DNA from: a virus
Lineage: Duplodnaviria; Caudoviricetes
Direction: 5' to 3' (one strand)
DNA length: 64,000 bases
IMG/VR virus record: IMGVR_UViG_3300016643_000312
Coordinates: 5,139 to 69,138 of that record
In this document: positions 54,438 through 63,401 of the stretch, one piece after another
How positions within the stretch are numbered: the first letter of the stretch is position 1
Layout: every line of letters begins with the position of its first letter
Translations under genes and position numbers: made by a program
Notes under the pieces: generated by a model
Seen by the model: the letters and a program-made list of their open reading frames with translations, nothing else
What the model was told of the DNA's origin: nothing
The model's database searches: none

Positions 54438-54616
54438 TTGATGGTTTCTCCCTTCATTATTTTTTGGCTTTTGGGGAGCTTGTTGTACTCCCGTTCGGCC
54501 TGGTTGTAGTAATCGAGGCCCTTCTTGCAAAGGGCCACGGCTTTCCGGTACAGGCGCACCACTTTTCGGAAACGCTTCCCGGTTTTTAGGACTGTTGCTC
54601 GATCGCGATTTCCCAT
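54434..54616 (-). CDS. Small basic helical protein
   Basis: 60 aa; overlaps the primase 3' end. Confidence 0.5.
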   Translation of the reverse strand: MGNRDRATVLKTGKRFRKVVRLYRKAVALCKKGLDYYNQAEREYNKLPKSQKIMKGETIK

Positions 54617-56712
54617 GTGATTTTACCTCCGCATTTGCGTCGTTGGATCTGCTCCGGCCGGATCGCCATGATCTTGGCCAAACGCTGGCCCATGCGGTCC
54701 GGACTGGAGACATAGTGGCGGGCGAGCTTTTCCAGCTCGGCGTCGTTGAGCATCCCGTTAAGCAGGTCGGTGGCCGATCCTATCCATACCTTGACCGCGT
54801 GCCCGTTCTGGGCGGTTTTGTAGTTGCCAAGGTACTTGTCCAGGAGCTCCGAAAAGGCGTGGTTGGGGTGCGTGGTGCGGGTGTCCTCCAAGATTTCCGG
54901 GTGGTGGTAGCTGACCACGCCGAACCGGTTGGTGCCTAAAAGCGCCTTGTCCGGCTCCCAATCAACCAGCCAGCGGGCCAGCTCCGGCAGCTCGATCGAG
55001 AGGATCCGGTCGATTTCTTTCTTGGTCGGGAAGGGGAACTCCCGGTGGGTGGCCTTGAAAAGCATGATCTTGTCCAGGATCGAGGTGTCGGTGTAGGGGA
55101 TCATCCGCATGCTTTCCGGGTCGTCGTTAAGCGTGACAATGACCCGGCCAACCCAGTTGATCGTCGTCGGGTTTTCCCGCATCGCCCGATGGCGGTGCTG
55201 GGTGTTGGCGACAAACTTCTTTATCGCGTTGGTGAAGAGAAGGTGCTTCTCGTAGCTCGTCGAGGCGACGGCGTCGTCGATGTTGAGGACGCCGACCTCA
55301 AAAAGCTCGTTGTTGAACTGGTCCCCGCCGGCGATGTGGCTGGAGGCGTCGCAGCCCCCACCCATCAGCCCGGCCACGATCCGAGTGCCCAGCAGGGTTT
55401 TGCCCATCCCCGCAGGCCCGGCAATGAAGACCGCCTGCCCCTGGGCCGGGATCCCGCTGGAGGCCGTCATGTAGAAGTGCCGGAGCCAGGCCAGGAAGTA
55501 TTTGAGCGAGTCGTGCGGGTCGAAGAACTCGTTAAGCAGGCTGGCGATCCATGGAAACTTCTCTCCCCATGCCCCGCCTGATTCGTTGGCCGGGGAGATA
55601 ACTTTGACCCTGGAAGTGTTAAGGATTGAGCGGGTGCCAAAGCGGACGACTTCCTCGTGACTGTAAAGGATTGGACCAGTGGCATCGACCCGGCGGTTTT
55701 CCCGAATGCGGAGCATAGCCTCGTCCACCTCGGCCATCTCGCCCCGGGCGTCGCTGGAAAGGCTGAGCTGAAATAGCCCGGCGATGTCCTTGCGGGCCGT
55801 GTCGGTCGTGGCATCGCGCCAGGATCCGGCGTGGTCGCGTCTCCAGTATTTGATCCCGTCGTACCAGTAGTGCCCCATAGGTCCGCCCAGGCGGCTGTTT
55901 TGGAACTCGGACACCCATTCGGTGCCCAGGATGTCGGCCCAGGTGTAAAAGGATCGGTCCTGAGAAAAACTGATCATCCCGGTGGCCGTGACGATACATG
56001 CCGAAGGGTTGGTTGAGTCGGAAACCCAGAAGGCGTTGGTCCTCCCGTTCAGCTCAAAATTTCCACGCAAGCGGCCCGGATACAGCACGTTGATCCGCTC
56101 AAGCAGCTTGTCGGTCGGGATCTCGGTTGGGCCCTCGCCGCGATACCGGGTCGAGGCGTCAAACGCCGCGGCCAACATCGCAAAAAGCGTGTCGCTTTTG
56201 ATCCTGTGGTCCGACACCTCGGTGGAAGGGGGCAACCAGGCGTAGTATTGCTCCGGTCGTCGGAAATTGTCGTCCAGGTTGGCAAACAGTTGGCGGGCGT
56301 TGACGGCCTTAACCAGCCGGGTCAGGAACGGATCCAACAGCCCGGGCACGATGGCCAGGGGCTTTTCAAAAAGCCAGATCACCCGCACGCCGTTGGAAAC
56401 GGTGCGGTGAACGAACGCCGGCTTCATACCGGCCTTGGCCCGGGTGTTGAGCCCGACCAGGATTTCCTCGGCCGAGATGCTGGCGTCATAGTCGGCAACA
56501 AAGCCGTGCATCCGGCTGACCGGATTTTCACGCGACACACGAAGGTTGGGTGCCTGGCCCTCGTAGGCCGAGATAAAATGCCAGTCGGTCGACGGGTTGG
56601 CCGACCAGGACGCAAACTCGTCCTTGGTCATGCGGGGCAGGGGGGTCTGGTGTTTCCAAGGCTCCGACGGAGTGACCTCGATCGAGGTCAGGTTTTTGAG
56701 GGAGAAAAGCAT
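54586..56712 (-). CDS. Primase-helicase (AEP-like N-terminus, DUF5906-like NTPase)
   Basis: FVADYD...HRTVSNGVRVIW; Walker A GPAGMGKT; FNNEL...LNIDD. Confidence 0.85.
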   Translation of the reverse strand: MLFSLKNLTSIEVTPSEPWKHQTPLPRMTKDEFASWSANPSTDWHFISAYEGQAPNLRVSRENPVSRMHGFVADYDASISAEEILVGLNTRAKAGMKPAFVHRTVSNGVRVIWLFEKPLAIVPGLLDPFLTRLVKAVNARQLFANLDDNFRRPEQYYAWLPPSTEVSDHRIKSDTLFAMLAAAFDASTRYRGEGPTEIPTDKLLERINVLYPGRLRGNFELNGRTNAFWVSDSTNPSACIVTATGMISFSQDRSFYTWADILGTEWVSEFQNSRLGGPMGHYWYDGIKYWRRDHAGSWRDATTDTARKDIAGLFQLSLSSDARGEMAEVDEAMLRIRENRRVDATGPILYSHEEVVRFGTRSILNTSRVKVISPANESGGAWGEKFPWIASLLNEFFDPHDSLKYFLAWLRHFYMTASSGIPAQGQAVFIAGPAGMGKTLLGTRIVAGLMGGGCDASSHIAGGDQFNNELFEVGVLNIDDAVASTSYEKHLLFTNAIKKFVANTQHRHRAMRENPTTINWVGRVIVTLNDDPESMRMIPYTDTSILDKIMLFKATHREFPFPTKKEIDRILSIELPELARWLVDWEPDKALLGTNRFGVVSYHHPEILEDTRTTHPNHAFSELLDKYLGNYKTAQNGHAVKVWIGSATDLLNGMLNDAELEKLARHYVSSPDRMGQRLAKIMAIRPEQIQRRKCGGKITWEIAIEQQS

Positions 56713-56716
56713 GGCC

Positions 56717-56896
56717 TTACTCCCGTTCGTGGTTCTTGAGGTAAATCTTCTCGATGCGAAGAACCGAGCCGTCCGGCCATCTATTGACGATTCCCCGCCA
56801 GTAATCGAGCTCGACCTGGGCGTCCAGCAGGTTGCGGTGCGTCCTTTCCGACACCCGCGACCCGTCTCTTAACACGATGAACCTTGCGTTTTCCAT
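56717..56896 (-). CDS. 59-aa hypothetical protein
   Basis: AGGAG RBS; fills the polA-primase gap. Confidence 0.6.
   Translation of the reverse strand: MENARFIVLRDGSRVSERTHRNLLDAQVELDYWRGIVNRWPDGSVLRIEKIYLKNHERE
56782..56807 (+). promoter_or_regulatory. TAYTGAC-N13-TA motif, antisense toward polA
   Basis: TATTGACG ATTCCCCGCCAG TAATCG. Confidence 0.5.
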
Positions 56897-56906
56897 AATT
56901 GTTCTC

Positions 56907-58664
56907 CTATTTGACGTATTTGTCCGCCTCGACTGCCTCGGCTGCTACCGGACAGCCCTCTAGCCAGTCCGGGGTTACGGACATAAGTTGTTCGACATCC
57001 TTTGGGGTGACGTCGGCATCCACCTCCACGACAGCCTCGTCGTGAACATGCAAAACCAGCGGCAGCCCCGCTTTTTCCAACCGGAGGATGCACTCCGCCA
57101 TCACGTCCCGGGCGGTGGCCTGGACCGTGTTGTTGCAGAGGATGCCCCCGTAGAAATTGATATGCGGCGCGCCCATGACGACCTGGGCCGTGTAACCCGG
57201 CTTCTCGCGCCCGATGTTCTGGGTCCGTATATTGCGGTACCTCAGTGTGCGCCAGCTTGGAAGTTGGATTTCATAAGTCCCCTCGTCTTTGCTTTGGCGA
57301 AACGCCGTTTCCAGTTGCCGCCAAAACCCCACAACCTTGGGGTTTTTGGAACGGTACATGGTGACGACCCGCGAAGCCTCAGACTCATCCATGTCGATGC
57401 CGTAGGATGTCTTGGCAAGATAAGAAAACTTCTTGGCCCCGGCCCCGTAGCCCAACCCTAGCACCATCGCCTTGGCAAGATGATAAAGCTTGGGGTTGGA
57501 TTTCTTCAGTGTGCCCTTCTCGCCTTTCCACAGATTGGCGGTGATGGCGAAGGCCTCGTAGATTGCGTAGCCTTCGCGCACGGCATCCAAAAGCCCGTGG
57601 TTCCCGCAAAGCCAGGCCAGGACACGGGGCTCAATCTGGGAAAGGTCGCAAATGATGAACTTCTTGCCGGAGCGGGGGACAATGCAGGAGCGAAGATCAA
57701 CCCCGTAGTGGGGTTCGCGCGGCAGGTTCTGCACGTTGAGGCGGCTATCCCCCGAAAAACGTCCAGTGTGGGCTCCGAAGTATTTCAACCCGTAGGCTAT
57801 CGTGCCGTCCGGACGGATTCGGCTGCGAAGCACCTTCATTTTGACCAGGTAGCTGTTGGACTTGCGCCAGTCGCGCATCGCCCCGACCCAGGGGACCTGA
57901 TTCCCGTATTTCTCCTCCCAGGCGGCGCACTCCTCCGAGTCTTCCGAAAGACTTTCTGGGTAGGGGATGCCCGCCTTGACGCACTCGGACCGGAAATTTT
58001 TCACCGACAGAACAACTCCTCCGTCCTCAAACCACGGCAATTTCTGTTCCGACTCCCACTTGATTTGCCCCAGCTTGCGGATGCCTTCGTCGACCAGGTC
58101 CCGGTTGACCGAAAAACCGCGCCAGGCCATCTGGATGGTGTGCCGGGACAGCGCCTTTTCAATTTCCGGCATTTTGTCCTGGTACTTGTCGTACAATTCC
58201 AAACAGCTGTAGCTGTCATCCAGCGCGTACCGCTGCATCTCGCAGGCAAACTCGGTGTTTTCCACCTCCGACCACTTCTGGCCCTTCATTTTCTTGCGTG
58301 GGTCCTTGGAGATCTCCTTGTTCAAAAGATGATGCGAGGCTCCTTCCAGATCTCGGGGAGAACCAAGAAAAGCGGCAAGGTTTGCGGTGCAGAAATATTC
58401 CGCCGGACGGGCCTTGATCCTGTCACCAAGCGCGGCCACACACTCCCCGTCGAAGGAGTAGTTGTGGGCCACCCACCGCCACCCGTTGATCCTGTCCCAG
58501 GGTGCGTTTTTGACGGGGCCGCAGTACGGCTCCAGACCTTCACCAACGATGGAAACCATGTAGATCTCCCCGCGGGGGTCCCGCAGGTAGTGCCACTGGC
58601 CCATTTCCTTGATGTTTATTTCTCCGTCGTAATAACTTTCGAAATCGATGGCTGCGGTTCGCAT
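56907..58664 (-). CDS. polA: Family A DNA polymerase with 3'-5' exonuclease
   Basis: DFESYY (ExoI); HTGRFSG; motif A DLSQIEPRV; motif B KAMVLGLGYG; motif C HVHDE. Confidence 0.95.
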   Translation of the reverse strand: MRTAAIDFESYYDGEINIKEMGQWHYLRDPRGEIYMVSIVGEGLEPYCGPVKNAPWDRINGWRWVAHNYSFDGECVAALGDRIKARPAEYFCTANLAAFLGSPRDLEGASHHLLNKEISKDPRKKMKGQKWSEVENTEFACEMQRYALDDSYSCLELYDKYQDKMPEIEKALSRHTIQMAWRGFSVNRDLVDEGIRKLGQIKWESEQKLPWFEDGGVVLSVKNFRSECVKAGIPYPESLSEDSEECAAWEEKYGNQVPWVGAMRDWRKSNSYLVKMKVLRSRIRPDGTIAYGLKYFGAHTGRFSGDSRLNVQNLPREPHYGVDLRSCIVPRSGKKFIICDLSQIEPRVLAWLCGNHGLLDAVREGYAIYEAFAITANLWKGEKGTLKKSNPKLYHLAKAMVLGLGYGAGAKKFSYLAKTSYGIDMDESEASRVVTMYRSKNPKVVGFWRQLETAFRQSKDEGTYEIQLPSWRTLRYRNIRTQNIGREKPGYTAQVVMGAPHINFYGGILCNNTVQATARDVMAECILRLEKAGLPLVLHVHDEAVVEVDADVTPKDVEQLMSVTPDWLEGCPVAAEAVEADKYVK

Positions 58665-58846
58665 TCTTCTTTCGGTTCTTTAAGAGTTTCCAGGTAGACG
58701 TCGACGAGCCGGCAAGCCAGTTGCCGGAGTTCCTCGCCTATCGCCTTTTCCAGCGGGTTGGCGTCAAACAAATCTTTGTGGACCTCAAACTTGGTCTCGT
58801 TGGTAGTATCATTTGAGTTTATCCGTATCCTTACATCTACACTCAT
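58616..58846 (-). CDS. Hypothetical protein
   Basis: AAAGGA RBS, ATG 58846. Confidence 0.5.
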   Translation of the reverse strand: MSVDVRIRINSNDTTNETKFEVHKDLFDANPLEKAIGEELRQLACRLVDVYLETLKEPKEECEPQPSISKVITTEK

Positions 58847-59001
58847 TCGGAGTTTCCTTTCGTGGTGTGGGTGGTGGTCTCGGGGTTTACCGTACCGAGC
58901 CCCCACACGTAGTTGACGGCGGCCTGGTCCAGCTGGTAAGCGGTCGGTTTGGTTTCGAACTCCTTCATAAATTCAAATTCAAGTTGCTCGGGTTGGCTCA
59001 T
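58843..59001 (-). CDS. 52-aa hypothetical protein
   Basis: ATGA overlaps at both ends. Confidence 0.5.
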   Translation of the reverse strand: MSQPEQLEFEFMKEFETKPTAYQLDQAAVNYVWGLGTVNPETTTHTTKGNSE

Positions 59002-59255
59002 ATGTGCCTTTCATCCGCCGCCTTCGGTTCCAGCTTTCTAAGCTGTTCTTGAAGGGTGCGGATTTTGTCCTTGAGCCTCCGATTTTCGACCCACATGGAT
59101 TCGTTCTCCTCCCGCATCTGGCGAAGCCCCATCTCCAAAACCACGTCATGGGTTCGATGAAAGATCGGGGCAAACACGTCGGCTACTTCCTCCCCTTTTT
59201 CGTAGGGGGCTTGTGCCACGGTTTCGGTTTTCTTGGGTGTAGGGGAGGTGTCCAT
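58998..59255 (-). CDS. Coiled-coil hypothetical protein
   Basis: 85-aa ORF in the operon. Confidence 0.55.
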   Translation of the reverse strand: MDTSPTPKKTETVAQAPYEKGEEVADVFAPIFHRTHDVVLEMGLRQMREENESMWVENRRLKDKIRTLQEQLRKLEPKAADERHI

Positions 59256-59321
59256 GCGGGTGGGAATCCTGGGTTGTCGGGGCTCGTCGAGTCGTAGGCG
59301 ATGACGCGGTACGGCCTTCGC

Positions 59322-59507
59322 TTAAGCCTTTTTTTCAAGGAGGTGTTTGGCGGCTGACCGGATCGCCTGGCTGTAGGTTTTCTCGTCGACGGCCATGATG
59401 ATGGCCTTGGTCGTGTCGTCGGGGCAGTAAAGGTCGAAAAACCCAAACCACCTGGTTCCAAGCCGTATAAACAGCTTCATCAAAAGCCCGTCCCAAAAAC
59501 TACTCAC
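59322..59507 (-). CDS. Hypothetical protein
   Basis: GTG start with GGGAG upstream. Confidence 0.5.
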   Translation of the reverse strand: MSSFWDGLLMKLFIRLGTRWFGFFDLYCPDDTTKAIIMAVDEKTYSQAIRSAAKHLLEKKA

Positions 59508-59652
59508 GGCGCCACAACTCCCTTAGCCGCTCCCAGGAAAACAGCGCCATGGCGTAACCCAGACCTAACAGACCCATGACCAAAAGCCCCGCGACAACGA
59601 GAGCGCCAATTTTAAGAAGGGCAATCAACAAATCAGCAGCCAACTGCATCAT
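59500..59652 (-). CDS. 50-aa membrane peptide
   Basis: MMQLAADLLIALLKIGALVVAGLLVMGLLGLGYAMALFSWERLRELWRRE. Confidence 0.55.
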   Translation of the reverse strand: MMQLAADLLIALLKIGALVVAGLLVMGLLGLGYAMALFSWERLRELWRRE

Positions 59653-59906
59653 TTGCACCCCTTTCTCGGTTTGTGGCCCTTAAACTCGTCCAGGCTGTCA
59701 ACCAGTGCCTTGTGGAAGGCGATGCGGAAAAAGTCCTCCGGAGTTGCGACCTTGCGGCCGTATTCCACCAGCTCGTCCATCACCTTGTCGTCGACGTCCA
59801 TGGTCATCTCGACCATGTCGACATTCTTGATTGACCGAATCTTGATAAGCGGGAGGTTTTTGGAGTCCCGCAATTCATTTGGTTTTATCTTCTGTAGTTT
59901 CATCAT
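59649..59906 (-). CDS. Hypothetical protein
   Basis: AGAAAGGA RBS, ATG 59906. Confidence 0.6.
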   Translation of the reverse strand: MMKLQKIKPNELRDSKNLPLIKIRSIKNVDMVEMTMDVDDKVMDELVEYGRKVATPEDFFRIAFHKALVDSLDEFKGHKPRKGCK

Positions 59907-60268
59907 TTGGTCTGTCCTTTCTTGGTTTTCATGGAAACGAAGGCCGTGCGGCACAGCGCACGGTCCAGGTGCCCCTGGATCCCCTCGTCGTCCTCGTCCT
60001 TGTTTCCGTCCAACATTTTCATGGCTGTAACGAGGTGCGTTATGGCCCGGTCGCATGAGTACCGGATCGAATCCCTCGTGAACCATTGGCCCGGACCGGA
60101 TTTTGTGGATCCTGTCGCGGCCTTTCCTCCCCCGGTCATGATCGACTCGATGACAATCGCCGCATAATCGGCGACCTGGTCGGGGGTTGGGTAAGCCCGG
60201 TGTTTAACAGAAGGGGAACGAATTCCTTGTCCACGGCTCTCCCGCGGCACTATTCCGGGCTTCCCCAC
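59903..60268 (-). CDS. DUF5664-like (dATP/dGTP diphosphohydrolase N-terminal-like) protein
   Basis: KSGPGQWF...RAITHL...D....GHLDRALCR pattern; weak. Confidence 0.4.
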   Translation of the reverse strand: MGKPGIVPRESRGQGIRSPSVKHRAYPTPDQVADYAAIVIESIMTGGGKAATGSTKSGPGQWFTRDSIRYSCDRAITHLVTAMKMLDGNKDEDDEGIQGHLDRALCRTAFVSMKTKKGQTK

Positions 60269-60273
60269 TTGAA

Positions 60274-61005
60274 TCAGACCAGCCCGTTGAACCAGGCTGC
60301 GTCCTCCTCGTTGTTGCGCTCCGACAGACGGAAAACCGGCGTGAACCAGCTTCCCATGGCGTTGGAGCGAATGGCGGTGGTTAGCTCATACAAACCACCG
60401 GTCAGACCGGTGCGAAGGGCGGTGGCCGCCTCCGTGATGAGCTGCTTGCCGGCGTTGTTGTACGCGCTTTTGGCCAGAATCATCTGGGCCAGGGCGTAGT
60501 GAGCGCCGTTTCTTTCGTAAACAAAGAGCGGGTGGGCCCCCTCCGGGCTGCGGATGGCCATCGTCAGGGTCAGGATCGGGTCGTAAACGTCCAGATCCGT
60601 CTCGGTGATGTCCAGCGTGCCGCCAGCGGCGCGCACGTCGTTGGCCGTCGCAAAGATCTTCGGCCGCTCCTCGGTCCCGTAGGGGAGCCGCTGCATGTAC
60701 TTTTTGGCCATGCGGAGCAGGACGAGTTTGGCCGGGCTTTTCTGGTTGCCAACGGCAACTTCCTTGCGGAAGACGATCGAGCCCGGGGGAAACTCATTGG
60801 AGAGCTCTCCGGTCTTGTTGGCAATGTTGAGCCGCGGGATCTGGAAGTCGGACGCGTTGATTTCCCCTTCGATGCCCGGCGTGGCCAGGGTGAGGGGACG
60901 CTCCGCGATTTCCGCCAGGGCGCTGGTGGAAGCCGTCTCGGTGGCCTCCGCCGGCTTGGTGACCGCGGTGTTTGTTTTGGTTGGTTTAGGGAACGTAGTT
61001 TTCAC
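60274..61005 (-). CDS. ssDNA-binding/annealing-like protein
   Basis: DFQIPRLNI, GSWFTPVF, C-terminal aromatic tail; follows the Cas4-like nuclease. Confidence 0.6.
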   Translation of the reverse strand: MKTTFPKPTKTNTAVTKPAEATETASTSALAEIAERPLTLATPGIEGEINASDFQIPRLNIANKTGELSNEFPPGSIVFRKEVAVGNQKSPAKLVLLRMAKKYMQRLPYGTEERPKIFATANDVRAAGGTLDITETDLDVYDPILTLTMAIRSPEGAHPLFVYERNGAHYALAQMILAKSAYNNAGKQLITEAATALRTGLTGGLYELTTAIRSNAMGSWFTPVFRLSERNNEEDAAWFNGLV

Positions 61006-61015
61006 TATTGTTTTG

Positions 61016-62128
61016 TTATTCCTTTGTTTTTGTTTTTCTTAGTTGGTAGGACTCCTGTCCGCGCGAGAGGGCATTCGCATCGGTCAGGGCGTCTTCCAGT
61101 TTGTCGCGTTCTTCTTGTTTCTGCCCCCGAGGAGCCTTGGCTGCGACTTGGTCCGACAGCTCCTTGAAATTGACGGTCACGCAGGTCATGAATTCCTCAT
61201 GCGTCAGCTGGTCTTTGACCACCTGGTGCGCCTTTATAGCGTCGCTTATGCGTCTCGACCCCTGGACGGTGGTCAGGCTGTAGCCGGGAATTTCCCCGCC
61301 CTCCTTGGCAAACTCGACGTTGTGTTTGCGGACCGACCCGCACCAGGCCTCCAGCACCGGCACCAACCGTTGGGCCTGGGCCCGTTTTTCCGGGGTGGCC
61401 AGCTGGCGCGGATGAAACAGGTCGGGTAGCTGGGCGTCGTGGGCCAGGTCGTAAGATTTGGCCAAGGCCAGCGTCATTCCCTGGACCGCGTCGCAGGTGG
61501 CCAGCCGGTTGCAGTACACGCACTGGTCGCCGGGTTTGGCCATTTCGGGTGTGGCGACCTTGGCCCGCTCAATGATCGACTTGATCCGGACCTTCATCGT
61601 CCCAAGGTCCTTGGAACGCTCGAACTCGGCGGAGTCTATATAGTTGAGGCGGGGCTGGAGGATGTAGAGGACAAGCTTTTTGACGAATGGGTATTTTTCA
61701 AAGATGCCGATTGCGTACGCCCACATTTGAGGGTTCGTCTCCGCCGGGTCGACGGGGTTGAAACCAAACTTGAAGTCAAAGAGCGCAGCCTCGTCCGCAA
61801 CGATGAAGAAGCGGTCGACGTAACCCCACTGGTCGAAAACCTCGAGCTTTTGCTCGGAGAGGTCCATGAAGTTGGAGTTTCGCGCGGTGTATTCGGCCTT
61901 CTTTTCTTCGACAAAAGATAGGCACTTCTGTACGAGGATCTTCTCATCGGAATCCAGTCCTTTCGTGTTTCCGGTCTCGCAGGCCTTGTGCATGACCGAG
62001 CCGCGGGCGGTGACCGGGTGTATTTCCGCGGACTCGGTTTTCTGGTAGCAGGGGCAGGCCTCGAAATATTTCAGACTCGAGGGGGAAAACCTGGCGTGAT
62101 TCAGTTCGCTGTCAGTAACGTCAGGCAT
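61016..62128 (-). CDS. Cas4-like PD-(D/E)XK exonuclease (DUF2800-like)
   Basis: HARFSPSS...CP; GYVD...FDFKFG; PGDQCVYCNRLATC Fe-S cysteines; start at ATG 62128. Confidence 0.85.
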   Translation of the reverse strand: MPDVTDSELNHARFSPSSLKYFEACPCYQKTESAEIHPVTARGSVMHKACETGNTKGLDSDEKILVQKCLSFVEEKKAEYTARNSNFMDLSEQKLEVFDQWGYVDRFFIVADEAALFDFKFGFNPVDPAETNPQMWAYAIGIFEKYPFVKKLVLYILQPRLNYIDSAEFERSKDLGTMKVRIKSIIERAKVATPEMAKPGDQCVYCNRLATCDAVQGMTLALAKSYDLAHDAQLPDLFHPRQLATPEKRAQAQRLVPVLEAWCGSVRKHNVEFAKEGGEIPGYSLTTVQGSRRISDAIKAHQVVKDQLTHEEFMTCVTVNFKELSDQVAAKAPRGQKQEERDKLEDALTDANALSRGQESYQLRKTKTKE

Positions 62129-63401
62129 AAAGTTGTATTCCCAGATCGCCGTCATTAAGCAAGGAAATTTGCTCAATTTTCTTTTTTGTTTTCCGGGCGA
62201 CCTGCTCTTCGACCGAGTTGGCGGCGTAAACGATGTACTGGAGTGCCCGGCTTTTGCTTCCGGCCCGGTGAATTCGCCCCAGGGCCTGCTTAAGGTCAAT
62301 TGCGGAATAAGTCGGGCAGATCAGGCTGACCCTGGGCCGGCCCCTGGTGTCGTGCAAAGACAAACCCACACCCCCGGCCTGAATCTGGACAACAATTACG
62401 TGTTTTTTATCCTCCTGAAACTCATAGATGGCACGCTGTCTTTCTTCGTCGGTCTGTTCACCGTGCACCCCAACGGCATCCAGCCGCTCCATCAGGGTCC
62501 GGCAGGTGGCCATAAAGTTGGTGAAGATGACGACGCTGTTGCCCTGCTCGACAAGGTTTTCCGCCATGTCGACTAGGACGGGGACCCGGAGCAGTTCCAC
62601 TTCTTGCCGTAGCCGGAGCAGGCGGGTCCGGGGCTCGCTGGGGTCAAAGTCCTGGCTTTTGGCCTCCTGAAGAACGGCAATTTCGGCCTCCATCTGTTCG
62701 TATAGTTTGCCGATCTTGTCGTCGATGTCGTAGACCTCGGCCATGATCTTGTTGGCGGGGAAAGCGTCCCCCAGGTCCTCCACCCGCGTCCGCACGCCTT
62801 TTTCTGGGAAGATGGACCGGTGGATTTCCTTGAGCCCACCGGCACCCCCGAAATACATCAGCCCGCCCCAGGGGGCCTGGCCGACCTTCATGTACTGAAG
62901 CCACTTCCAATAATTGTCCCCGTTGTGGATCCCCAGCAGCTCCCCGGTCCATCGCATGTCCAGCGGGTTTTGGGCTGCGGTGGCTGAGAGCATGAGCACC
63001 TCATGGACGCCGCGGGATGCTCCCAGAATCTTTCCGTTCTGGCTTTTGTAGCCCTTGCATTTGTGGACCTCGTCAAAAATCAGGAGGTGTTTTTCGGTCT
63101 GGTCCCACACCCATTTTGAACCCATCCAGTGGCCCAGCTCGTTTTTCTTGCGCGATTTCAGCTTCTCGTAGTTGATGACCTCAAACCGGGGGATGGCAAA
63201 GACACGCAGCCAGTTTTTCCAGGCGGGGATCACCGCCTTGGGGCAGATCACCAGCACGGGGAGGCCGCGTTTGGACGCCACATGGACGGCCGTCACGGTC
63301 TTGCCCGTGCCGCAATCGCTTGCGTCCAGGGCCACGCCGTGGTCCTCCAAAGCCCCGATCAGCGTCGAGGCGTTTTCAAGCTGCCAGGGGTAAAGGTTCA
63401 G
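62121..63401 (-). CDS. SF2 (SNF2/DEAD-like) helicase
   Basis: LYPWQ, GTGKT, DEVH, SAT, GGVGLSLH, QALGRIHR; probable CTG start at 63401. Confidence 0.9.
   Translation of the reverse strand: MNLYPWQLENASTLIGALEDHGVALDASDCGTGKTVTAVHVASKRGLPVLVICPKAVIPAWKNWLRVFAIPRFEVINYEKLKSRKKNELGHWMGSKWVWDQTEKHLLIFDEVHKCKGYKSQNGKILGASRGVHEVLMLSATAAQNPLDMRWTGELLGIHNGDNYWKWLQYMKVGQAPWGGLMYFGGAGGLKEIHRSIFPEKGVRTRVEDLGDAFPANKIMAEVYDIDDKIGKLYEQMEAEIAVLQEAKSQDFDPSEPRTRLLRLRQEVELLRVPVLVDMAENLVEQGNSVVIFTNFMATCRTLMERLDAVGVHGEQTDEERQRAIYEFQEDKKHVIVVQIQAGGVGLSLHDTRGRPRVSLICPTYSAIDLKQALGRIHRAGSKSRALQYIVYAANSVEEQVARKTKKKIEQISLLNDGDLGIQLYA

Noticed and set aside
56907-60268. Z-genome (2-aminoadenine) pathway
   Set aside because: No PurZ or DatZ in the window; only a weak DUF5664-like match.
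61016-62128. Cas4-like gene as evidence of a CRISPR-Cas system
   Set aside because: It is a stand-alone nuclease in the standard PolA/SSB/helicase replication module; no other cas genes or arrays.
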